Assembly (NCBI GenBank): GCA_963695855.1
Contig: CAVOHZ010000008.1
Span: 512,001-576,000, forward strand
Origin: an uncultured Nitrososphaerales archaeon
Lineage (GTDB): Archaea > Thermoproteota > Nitrososphaeria > Nitrososphaerales > Nitrososphaeraceae
Direction of reading: 5' to 3'
Length of the DNA: 64,000 nt
Position 1 is the stretch's first letter. Each line of letters begins with the position of its first letter. Both the position numbers and the translations under genes were made by a program. The notes under the pieces were generated by a model. The model had not been told where the DNA came from. It did not search any database and saw only the letters and a list, made by a program, of their open reading frames with translations. Shown one piece after another: positions 55,011-64,000 of the stretch.

Positions 55011-55244
55011 TACATAAAATTAAACCTTGTATATATTGTTAGTATATCTTATCAATTCTATAAAAAATTGTTAATTTTTCTTAATTTTAGTTAGTGCGTT
55101 AGTATGGAAGGAAAAAGAGCAAAATAACAAAAATAATTGCAGCAAGTGTTGACAAAATTACAAGAGTAGTTGACTTCATAATAGTATATTATAGATTGTA
55201 TTATTTTTGTTTCTTTATATTAAAGTTTTTGTATGATGATGACG

Positions 55245-55690
55245 AATAAGAATTACAGAAATGTCTAACGGTGTTTTGTCTTATCACTTAAATCTTTTGG
55301 ATTATTCTGAAAGAGTTAGAGTACATAGAGTTAAAAATAGAATAACCAGATATTTTTCTCATGATGTTTCCACTGAGGAATCTAATTAAATTAATTAGGA
55401 CTTTTACGTCAAAGTACTGCTAGAAAGATTATTCTTTATATGTTAGAATCTGGACTTTGTGGATTTAATGATATCGTTACTTGTACAAGAAGGTACTGTC
55501 CAATGTCTCGTGGCATTTGTTAAGATTAAAAGATGCAGACATTATCAAGGTACGTAGACAAAATGAACTTAATTATTATGATATTAAAATAGACAACCTT
55601 AAACTTTACAATCTATTAAATAAATATAAAAGTAGTTTTATTACAGAAAAAATTGTCGATGATTATGTAGATATGATTAATGAATTCTAA
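55245..55690 (+). pseudogene. Disrupted paralog of the wHTH regulator 26673
   Basis: 'RITEMSNGVLSYHLNLLD..NRITRYFS', 'LLRQSTARKI', 'VSWHLLRLKD..IVDDYVDMINEF' spread over three frames. Confidence 0.85.
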
Positions 55691-55882
55691 TAAAAATCTT
55701 TAAACTCAGTTTTTCTTATTATTGTATATTTTAATTTAATAATTAATAATAATAAAGCAGAAATAGTAACCTTTCTAAGATCACCAAATCAATCATATGA
55801 AACTACTGCTAGACAACCGGTTTGTAACTTATTCCGCCTTTTGTCTCAATCTTTTTATTAATTGAATGTTATTAATCTTGTG

Positions 55883-55901
55883 GTACATTCGATGAATGTA
55901 C
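55883..55901 (-). promoter_or_regulatory. Perfect palindromic operator
   Basis: Minus strand GTACATTCATCGAATGTAC-CACAAGA-TTAATAAC; first 24 nt identical to the 25887 copy. Confidence 0.8.
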
Positions 55902-56003
55902 GTTATCAAGATCTGTATAACGATTCGGTAATTTATTATCGGATAAATTTTAACGTGTTATTCTTCGAACTTCAATTATAATTAAGAAATTTAATAATAA
56001 ACG

Positions 56004-57797
56004 ATGTACAAGTTATATATTTCAATGGCTTTTTTGACGAGCCTAATATTGGGATCAGGTTTTGCTATTGTAGGTCAATCGGTCCTAGCTCAAAATTTTG
56101 GATACAATGACCATTCATATGACAGCTATTCCGACTACAGACCTATCTATAACGAAGATCCAAGAATGGATAAAAGATATGATTCAGACACATATGACAG
56201 TTATTCCGACTACAGACCTAGCTATTACAAAGATCCAAGAATGGATAAAAGCTATGATTCAGAAACATATGACAGCTACTTCGACTACAGCTCAGGCTCA
56301 GAATGTCAAAATACCTTAACATCACATCCATTTAGTATAAACACGGATATGATGAGACCAGTCTTGTACTTGATAGATCCTATTAGCGATACTATTATAA
56401 CTGTAGATCTTTCTACAGATCCTAAATATCCAACTGGCAGTTTTCCACTTCATACTCTCATTACACCAGATGGAAAGAAGGCATTTCTTAGTACAATGAG
56501 TTCTGATACTGCTCCTGCTACAATACTTGCACTTGATATAAATTATATTGATTGGCAAGCAGGCTGGGCTGATGTTGAGATTACTAATGTTATTGAAATA
56601 GCTGAACCCAATACCATACCACCAACTCCAATTGTACAAAATCGTACAGATGATGATACTCAACCAATAATAGCTAGCTTGTGGTTTCCACAGAATGTCC
56701 AAATTCATGGTCCTTCATTACATCCAACCTGTAAATTTGCATACTTTACAGAATGGACAGGCAATGGTAAAATAAGAGTATTAGATGTTGATAAAGGAAC
56801 TCTAGCAGAGTCTGACCCAATTCAATATGGAGATACAACTACATGGTTACATGGAGTATTCTTTAATCCTTCTGGAGATAAGGCATTAGCACCTAAATAC
56901 CACTTTGAGGGAAACTATTTAGTTTTTTTTGATGTTGATAAAGAGACAGGTCAACTCAGTAATCCTGTAAAAGTAATATTAGGATCAGATTCACAATATG
57001 CAGCATTTCCACACTTTGTCACATGGATAGATGATACAACTGCAATAACATCTACTCAGCAATTAGGTCCAACATCTCTTACTCCAGATAATGCCGAGAT
57101 TATAGGTCCAAGTGTATGGTTGATTAATACTAATAAAATAGGAGATGATAAAAGCTATGATTCAGACACATATGACAGTTATTCCGACTACAGACCTATC
57201 TATAACGAAGATCCAAGAATGGATAAAAGATATGATTCAGACACATATGACAGTTATTCCGACTACAGACCTATCTATAACGAAGATCCAAGAATGGATA
57301 AAAGATATGATTCAGACACATATGACAGTTATTCCGACTACAGACCTAACTATAACATAGGATCCAATACTGAAAATCCAACAGAAGCTGCTGCAACTAT
57401 GATTATAGCTGCAACTCAAAGTCCAGATGGTAATGGAATTTATAAACCTGCTTCAGATACCACAATAATTAACACAAAATTATATGTTGCTGAAGAAGAT
57501 TCAATGGATGAAGAAATAAATAATGATGGACATGTATCAATTTGGGATATAAGCGATATAACAAATCCACAATTAATTAATAGACTTAGTCCTGGAAAAG
57601 GTTTGCCAGAGAATTTCGAATTAGGACATACAATTTATTCAACACCTGACAATAAATTTGTCTATGTTGAATCCTGGCACTCAGCTCACTTAGTTAAGAT
57701 AGATACTGCAATAGACGAAGTCATACAGGTCTATAATAACGAAAATGCAGGATTTCACCATCCACATGGTGGTTTTATAACGGGTAAATTCCGATAG
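56004..57797 (+). CDS. Secreted YncE/YVTN-like beta-propeller with 25-aa repeats
   Basis: Signal peptide; blades each with a His (PLHT, IHG, LHG, FPHF, GHT, HHPHG); 'TPDGKKAF'. Confidence 0.8.
   Translation: MYKLYISMAFLTSLILGSGFAIVGQSVLAQNFGYNDHSYDSYSDYRPIYNEDPRMDKRYDSDTYDSYSDYRPSYYKDPRMDKSYDSETYDSYFDYSSGSECQNTLTSHPFSINTDMMRPVLYLIDPISDTIITVDLSTDPKYPTGSFPLHTLITPDGKKAFLSTMSSDTAPATILALDINYIDWQAGWADVEITNVIEIAEPNTIPPTPIVQNRTDDDTQPIIASLWFPQNVQIHGPSLHPTCKFAYFTEWTGNGKIRVLDVDKGTLAESDPIQYGDTTTWLHGVFFNPSGDKALAPKYHFEGNYLVFFDVDKETGQLSNPVKVILGSDSQYAAFPHFVTWIDDTTAITSTQQLGPTSLTPDNAEIIGPSVWLINTNKIGDDKSYDSDTYDSYSDYRPIYNEDPRMDKRYDSDTYDSYSDYRPIYNEDPRMDKRYDSDTYDSYSDYRPNYNIGSNTENPTEAAATMIIAATQSPDGNGIYKPASDTTIINTKLYVAEEDSMDEEINNDGHVSIWDISDITNPQLINRLSPGKGLPENFELGHTIYSTPDNKFVYVESWHSAHLVKIDTAIDEVIQVYNNENAGFHHPHGGFITGKFR
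56118..56290 (+). repeat. 75-bp coding tandem repeat, block 1
   Basis: YDSYSDYRPIYNEDPRMDKRYDSDT x~2.3. Confidence 0.9.
57147..57347 (+). repeat. 75-bp coding tandem repeat, block 2
   Basis: Same unit x~2.7 inside the propeller. Confidence 0.9.
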
Positions 57798-57999
57798 AAA
57801 AAACTACTATATATCATCTATATGTATATATGTATTTGACATGTATACTACACTAATTATTTTAATCTCTTAAATTATATCAATAGCATAAGTATACTGA
57901 CATTATTTTACTATCTGTTGTACATTTTAGATCGCAATAGCTATTAGCTAGTATAATTAATATCATATATAATTTCTATTGATTAATACAGTATCAAGA

Positions 58000-58133
58000 C
58001 TAGATTTGAAAAACTATACAGATCTGAAGATGATGTTAATGTTAAGGAAAGAATGCTACTTGTTCTAAATGTAGTATATGCCAAACATATTCCTGCATAG
58101 GTAGCAAGAGATCTTCACAGAAGCAAAACATGG
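58000..58133 (+). pseudogene. IS630 transposase 5' fragment
   Basis: 'RFEKLYRSEDDVNVKERMLLVLNVVY..VARDLHRS', matching 40829-41035. Confidence 0.75.
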
Positions 58134-58266
58134 AACAATTAGGAATAAATTTTCAAAATTTGCAAAGGAAAATAAGATAGATTTTAACTTAAAGTTAAAT
58201 ATTCTTAAAAAAGGTGAGAGTACTGTTGGTCCACTGGGTACTGCAGCAGTATTTGCAACTACTCCC

Positions 58267-58650
58267 ATGGGTGATAGTGTGGACAAGGTATTGGATAAAA
58301 TAATGGATGATGCTATCGCATCAGCAAAAAAAGTAGTTGGTAATTGTAATGAGAGATGGAAAGGAGAACTTAATCTGGATACTAGACAGTTCTATCAGGA
58401 AAAACATACAAACAATTTCTCATTTGATATTCTTGAAGAAGAACCTACCACTGACCACTTTTATAAACCAATCATAGGAAGTGGCAAGGGGAATCTTACT
58501 TATACTATAGATAAGACTTTACCTGCACCTTCTGCATGCAATTTGCTAACTGAAACTTATTATGAGAAAATTTTGTTTGAAGGAAAGTATGATTTGAGAA
58601 CAAATATTGCCAAATTAAAAGTTGTTCGAATAGAACCTTCACAGCTATAG
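58267..58650 (+). CDS. Hypothetical protein (possibly a gene fragment)
   Basis: 127-aa ORF directly after an IS remnant. Confidence 0.4.
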   Translation: MGDSVDKVLDKIMDDAIASAKKVVGNCNERWKGELNLDTRQFYQEKHTNNFSFDILEEEPTTDHFYKPIIGSGKGNLTYTIDKTLPAPSACNLLTETYYEKILFEGKYDLRTNIAKLKVVRIEPSQL

Positions 58651-58711
58651 CTCTTTCCTTAAGTTAACAGCACCAACCAAATTGTTAAACTAAAAAAATA
58701 TATTATAAATA

Positions 58712-59209
58712 ATGATATCCTTTTTTTATATGGATACGAAAATAAATATAACAATAATTCTACTTGCATTATTTCTGATTACGTCACTGATCACAAATAC
58801 ATCTTTGGGTCTAGTTTTTGCAGAAGGAAATTTAACTTTGAATACATACACGGACATTAAAAATTCTGTTCCTCATAACGCAGTTAATCATGAATCTCAT
58901 CAAGTAGTCCATTTTATAGAACCTCGGGATAACGTGTTGTATAGTGGCATGATTACCTTTACCTCTTCCATTCCTGTAGATATTATTTCCCTTCATGATA
59001 TAACTAATATTGCTAAAAAGAATATAACCGGTATTAAAACCTGGATTGTGGATGGTAAAGAGCTAGTACCTACAACACTGATGAAAAATGTCACATCTGG
59101 AACAGTGGATTTTGTGGGATCAGGTATACTTTCTCATATCCCATATAATCAAACATATAATATGGTCTTCTCGATAGAGGCAAATTCGTTTAAAAAGGAA
59201 ATAAAATAA
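58712..59209 (+). CDS. Secreted His-motif hypothetical protein
   Basis: Signal peptide; 'PHNAVNHESHQVV...YSGMITFTSSIPVD...FVGSGILSH'. Confidence 0.8.
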   Translation: MISFFYMDTKINITIILLALFLITSLITNTSLGLVFAEGNLTLNTYTDIKNSVPHNAVNHESHQVVHFIEPRDNVLYSGMITFTSSIPVDIISLHDITNIAKKNITGIKTWIVDGKELVPTTLMKNVTSGTVDFVGSGILSHIPYNQTYNMVFSIEANSFKKEIK

Positions 59210-59646
59210 AATAATATAAAAAGTATAAATTCAATTATATATCATTTTATACTGATAGTCATTATCGATCTTTTCATCCTCGATAGCTCTAAAATAAATG
59301 CAGCTAGCTCCAATAAATAAATCCTGATAAATAAAAATTAAAGTATCTATCAAATAAAATTATGGTAGACTAAAGATTACAATTTGTTTTTTTAGTTAAG
59401 AATGAATTCTAGGTGAAAAATATAATATTAGTTTAATGATGAAATGAATGATTTTTTTCTAACATAACGTGTACAATTGAAAAGTTTTTTTAACTTGTCT
59501 AATAGGTAAAATGTAGTGCTAATAACAATTATACAACCTTGCAAAATTCAAAGCAGCCTTATTGTTTACCTGTTACATACAGCTCCTTCTGAGATCCAAA
59601 TGTAATAATAATAAAAGATCTTAAATTATTGTGAATTTAGTTTTCT

Positions 59647-60153
59647 TTATGCTAATTTATCAAACATACGCAAGATACCATCAAAGAAATTGTCGTTATT
59701 GCCACTTCTAACTTTCAGGTCAAAATTTGCTATTATCGGTACCATTTCATAATTTTTATCGCCGTTTATCTTGGTTAACAACGATACTCTGTAGTCTCCG
59801 TTATCTGGAAATGAAAATGGAAGACTAATGTCTCCTCTTGTGTAAAATTTAAAGGGAGTTTGAAATACGATGGAACTATTCTTCTTGTTTGATATTATAA
59901 CAGAGGAATAAATATTTTCAAGATCGCCATTTTCATCTACAATGTTTAAATTTAGTAATGTAGTATTGTCACCTTTAATAGGTTCTTTTGGATAGGGCAA
60001 AAAAAGTACTTTATAGTTTTCCATTTTTTTTATAACAACGTTTGGAGCATTTTCAGGTATATGAGCCTCAGTTGGAGAAAAATTGACATTGGCAAGAAAT
60101 AAAGATAATATTTGTACCGCTGAAATTAAGATCATAGCTTTGTACATAGTCAA
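59647..60153 (-). CDS. Secreted His1 protein (YtkA/FixH-like Ig fold)
   Basis: TEA|HIP; 'F.PYP..P..GD..TLLN.NI.D', 'FSFPDNGDYRV'. Confidence 0.78.
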   Translation of the reverse strand: MTMYKAMILISAVQILSLFLANVNFSPTEAHIPENAPNVVIKKMENYKVLFLPYPKEPIKGDNTTLLNLNIVDENGDLENIYSSVIISNKKNSSIVFQTPFKFYTRGDISLPFSFPDNGDYRVSLLTKINGDKNYEMVPIIANFDLKVRSGNNDNFFDGILRMFDKLA

Positions 60154-60189
60154 TAGACGTTAACTATTTTGACATCATTAAAGTTTGTG

Positions 60190-60208
60190 GAGTATTCGTA
60201 GAATGTCT
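60190..60208 (-). promoter_or_regulatory. Palindromic operator copy upstream of BRE/TATA
   Basis: Minus strand AGACATTCTACGAATACTC-CACAAAC-TTTAATGA, then start 60153/60147. Confidence 0.7.
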
Positions 60209-60665
60209 GCAATTATCTATTAGTATTTTGTTCTCTTTATTCCTTATATTTTATTTCTCAGAATTATTTGATTATAAGAATTTTTTAAAATTCTAATCAT
60301 ATGATGCGCTCGAATCACATTTTTATACCATCTAGAGCATTAGTGTATTCATAAGAGAATTCTTATATTTTTATAATTTGTCATATGTAGTTTTTGATTT
60401 ATGTTTTATGGCTTTGTGCAAACCAATTTCCAGAGTTCTACCTAGATAATATTAAATCGTTAGTTCTATCGTACTCTAGAAAAATAGATTAGATATAGCG
60501 CTTAGTAACAATACATAAAATTTTTATAAATTTCACTTACTTTATAACACAAAAACATATTCAAACGGGTTGATTTTTACAGTGTTGGCAATGATGTGAT
60601 GGACCTAAATACTCTGGAACATTTTTTATAAACAAATAATTATCTCTAAAGAAATTATTTAATGA

Positions 60666-61628
60666 TTGAGTTCAATAAACAAGCTTTCTTCGAAAGAACT
60701 AGAGGATTTATCATCAAAATATGGTTATCCGATCTGGTTGGTATCTAGATATTCAAAATATGTTCCTAATTTAAGGCAATTTCTAGAATGCATGACAAGA
60801 GAAGAACCACGTAGGTACATACGTACAAACTCTATTAAAATTTCTCCACATAGTCTCAAGGAAAGACTCTCATCAAAAGGATTCATTTTGGAAACAACCG
60901 ATCTCCCAGAAGTTTTCTTGATAAAGAATGACCCGTATCCAATTGGAGCTACAACGGAATACCTGTTAGGATATTATTACATCCAGGATTTGAGTTCTTG
61001 TTTTACAGTGGATGCACTAGATCTATCCAACAATCTTTTGGTTTTAGATATGGCTTCATCCCCCGGAGGAAAAACCACATTTATTGCGCAGAGAATGAAT
61101 AATACTGGTTGTATTCTTGCTCTAGAACCGAATCCGCGTAGATTAAAAAGATTGTTTTATAATGTAGAACGTTGTGGGGTAGCTAATACATTAATTTGGA
61201 ATATAGACGGAACAAGTATTTTAGATTATGATTTGAATTTTGATCGAGTTTTACTTGACGCCCCATGTAGTTGCGATGGCATTATTCAAAAGGAAAAGAG
61301 TAGAAAAACAACATATTCTAAGGAAAGTATTACTCATTGTAGTCTAAAACAAAACAGGCTGTTAGAAGCTGCTGTGGAGATTACTAAACCTGGAGGTTTA
61401 GTAGTATATTCTACATGTTCTCTTGCACCAGAAGAAAATGAATTCATAGTAAATTCTGTTTTGGGCAAATATGATATTCGCCTGGAAGATATTTCATTTG
61501 GAGTGGATGGACTTACGCAGTTTGAAACTATCAACCTGGATGGTTCCCTTAGCCTGACAAAGAGATTTTATCCACACATGCATAATACTACTGGTTTTTT
61601 TATAGCTAAATTACGACGGGTTTCATGA
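60666..61628 (+). CDS. NOL1/NOP2/Sun RNA cytosine-C5 methyltransferase
   Basis: 'LDMASSPGGKT', 'FDRVLLDAPCS', 'YSTCSLAPEENE'. Confidence 0.95.
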   Translation: MSSINKLSSKELEDLSSKYGYPIWLVSRYSKYVPNLRQFLECMTREEPRRYIRTNSIKISPHSLKERLSSKGFILETTDLPEVFLIKNDPYPIGATTEYLLGYYYIQDLSSCFTVDALDLSNNLLVLDMASSPGGKTTFIAQRMNNTGCILALEPNPRRLKRLFYNVERCGVANTLIWNIDGTSILDYDLNFDRVLLDAPCSCDGIIQKEKSRKTTYSKESITHCSLKQNRLLEAAVEITKPGGLVVYSTCSLAPEENEFIVNSVLGKYDIRLEDISFGVDGLTQFETINLDGSLSLTKRFYPHMHNTTGFFIAKLRRVS

Positions 61629-61667
61629 AAACGACCAGACTTTTAGATAGATTGGTGAAATAAGAAT

Positions 61668-62243
61668 ATGTTTCGTGAACTTACCAGAGAGGAACTAACT
61701 TTATTTAAGAGAGAATCCAATAAATGGGGTCTATATCCTTTTTTTAAAAACAAATTAATTGTAATCAAGGATGAAAATCTAGATGGCAATAAAGAGAATA
61801 ATAAATTATTATTTTTAATAACAGAAAATTTAAAAAAATTCATTTTTTATCCATCAATATATGCATCAGGTATTTTTTTGGGATCCTTGAATAATAAGAA
61901 ATTTTACCCTTCAATTTCATTTCTATTTCTTACAAGTAAGTTTGGAAACAATTATCCATTCGTCGTAGTAACCGATGAGGCTGAAAAACTGGTTCTTTAT
62001 GGTCGTGATATTCTGGGAGGTTCTATCATTGAATTTTCTCCCAATCTCAAGGAAAATTTACTAGTTATCATTTTTAACAAAAACAAAGAACCACTAGGTA
62101 TCGGACGTACTCGGTTTTCTAATTCACTAATTCAACAAAAAGGGAAAATTACAGTTAGCACCTTGATGGATTTGGGAGCGTATTTACGTGAGGAAAATAA
62201 TAAATATCAATATGGTCTAGACACAAGTTTATTTCTAGATTGA
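61668..62243 (+). CDS. NIP7-like PUA-domain ribosome biogenesis protein
   Basis: 'AEKLVLYGRDI', 'LGIG', 'DLGAYLRE'; adjacent to NOP2 as usual in archaea. Confidence 0.85.
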   Translation: MFRELTREELTLFKRESNKWGLYPFFKNKLIVIKDENLDGNKENNKLLFLITENLKKFIFYPSIYASGIFLGSLNNKKFYPSISFLFLTSKFGNNYPFVVVTDEAEKLVLYGRDILGGSIIEFSPNLKENLLVIIFNKNKEPLGIGRTRFSNSLIQQKGKITVSTLMDLGAYLREENNKYQYGLDTSLFLD

Positions 62244-62448
62244 ATTCGTGTCTTTTATTACTGTCTAAAAATTAATAACGAAATTTATTAAAAACTCATA
62301 TTTTACCCTAAATTTAGACAATTATGTTCTATTATTAAAAATTTCTACTCGATTTAATACTTAAATTTTTTATAAGTTTAGCTAATAATAAAAGTATAGA
62401 AAAGTGCTTAAAAACCCCAATATATTTATTTTGCAACATTAAAAACAT

Positions 62449-64000
62449 ATGGAGCAATCTGATTCTGGCATAAATAATGGTAAAGTATCTCGCAAAGATT
62501 TTATCAAGTTAATTGGTGCTGGGGCACTTTCTTTGGGTCTAGCTAATTTCATTGGTATAGATAAACTGATATCCAATAGTGCTTTTGCAACACAAAAAGA
62601 GAAAAACAGTTACAGTGAGAATAACAATTATGATACGACCATTATGTCTGACAAAAGGGCAAAGAAAGCATTTGATATCCGTGTTGATGCAGCTAAATTT
62701 GAAAGGGATTTGCCAATTCCAGAACATCCCGATAACGGTGACGATAATCGTTATGAAAATAGGATTGGAAGTTTTTCCAAGGTACTACCCCATAATAGAT
62801 GGGGAGAAGTCGATCCGCGAGCCTATTCTAAACTCTTATTTGCATTAAAGTCTGGAGATCCAAGGTTATTTGAACTGATACCTATGGGCGGATATTTTCT
62901 GGCTGGAACACAGTCAAAATATCCTCGCCATCCACATACCTATTCTTTTGAATTAATATATGAAAAACAGAGCGATTATCTTAAACTAGTTAACCCACTA
63001 GCAGCTTTTTCATTTGAATTAATCGCTCCTGATTCTCATCATCTCTTTATAAGACCCCCACCAACTTTTGACAGTCCTGAAGAAGCCGGAGAGATGGCTG
63101 GAATTATATTGGCAGGCTGTTGTGAGAGATATTGCATTTACAGATTATACGAATGATTTTTTGATAAGGGATGCTTGTAGTGATCTTTCTAATTTTATTT
63201 TTGATGGTCCGAAAATATATGGCAAAGTTTTACCTGAAACTATCTTTAGAGGTAAGACTAGTGGCGATCTATCTGGTCCATATATTTCACAATTCTTGTT
63301 AAAAGATGTTCCGCACGGATCACTCGCTATGAAACAGAAGTATAATGCTGGTTTACCTGACATAGACTATCTGATCTCATATCATTCGTGGCTTTCTTCA
63401 CAAAATGGTATTGTAACAGAGATAGAACATATTGATACTAATACACCTCGATACATAAGAAATGGAAGGGATCTGGCTGAGTGTGTCCACAAAGATTATC
63501 CATGCCAGGGTTTTTTGAATGCATGCCTGATACTGTTGGGATCTGGTGCAAAATTTGATTCCGGAAATCCATATCTTTCATCAATAACACAATCTGGATT
63601 TCCGACTTTTGGTGGTCCACATGTTTTATTTCTATTATCTTCTGTTGCAAATTTAGCTTTAAAGGCCGCTTGGTTTCAAAAATGGCTTGTCCATAGAAGA
63701 TTAAGGCCAGAGGCGTTTGGCGGATGTATCCATAATACGCTAATGGGAAATACAAACTATCCAATTCACAAAGATATCATGGATTCTCAAGTACTTTCAA
63801 TCATTTACTCAAGAAACAAAAGTTATTTGTTACCAATATCGTTCCCAGAAGGTTGTCCAGCTCATCCTGCATATCCAAGAGGACATGCAACATGGGCAGG
63901 TGCATGCGCAACTGTAGTAAAGGCATTTTTTGACGAGGAGGCTATCATAGATGATCCAGTTGTACCAACCCATGATGGTCTGGACCTCCTTCCATATAAA
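62449..64000 (+). pseudogene. Vanadium-dependent haloperoxidase (PAP2 superfamily), Tat-like signal, frameshifted, runs off window end
   Basis: 'SRKDFIK' signal; extra base near 63100 (ATG GCT G GAA TTA TAT TGG); downstream frame has 'ELYWQA', 'IRNGRDLA', 'AWFQKWLVHRRLRPEA', 'HPAYPRGHA'. Confidence 0.85.

Noticed and set aside
56118-57347. 75-bp repeats as a second CRISPR array
   Set aside because: Contiguous units without unique spacers, length a multiple of 3, in frame in a CDS
17697-63764. Numerous short ORFs antisense or out of frame to real genes (e.g. 17697, 18853, 19678, 22559, 31629, 35674, 52905, 56322, 63438)
   Set aside because: Shadow ORFs overlapping better-supported CDSs or pseudogenes

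Overview
AT-rich archaeal DNA, most consistent with a soil ammonia-oxidising thaumarchaeote (Nitrososphaeraceae, Nitrosocosmicus-like; inferred from gene content and from TATA boxes ~25 nt before start codons). Ordinary genes lie at both ends: pdaD, an MFS transporter, amidohydrolase, isochorismatase, asnB and M28/M50 peptidases on the left; NOL1/NOP2 methyltransferase, NIP7 and a frameshifted vanadium haloperoxidase on the right. Between ~17.4 and ~60.3 kb is a ~43-kb accessory island of secreted His-rich proteins: two CopC-CopD fusions, cupredoxins, beta-propellers and three uncharacterised paralog families. The island is littered with IS5, IS6, IS630 and IS1595 elements, integrase remnants, pseudogenes and an orphan 12-repeat CRISPR array. 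Main observation: a palindrome GTACATTC-N3-GAATGTAC recurs at least 9 times, usually ~7 bp upstream of a TATA box. It precedes island genes, a translationally coupled membrane-protein/wHTH regulator pair, and three apparently non-coding transcription units. Together this suggests an undescribed activator-controlled, probably copper-acquisition regulon. The metal specificity, the identity of the regulator and the sRNAs are inference.
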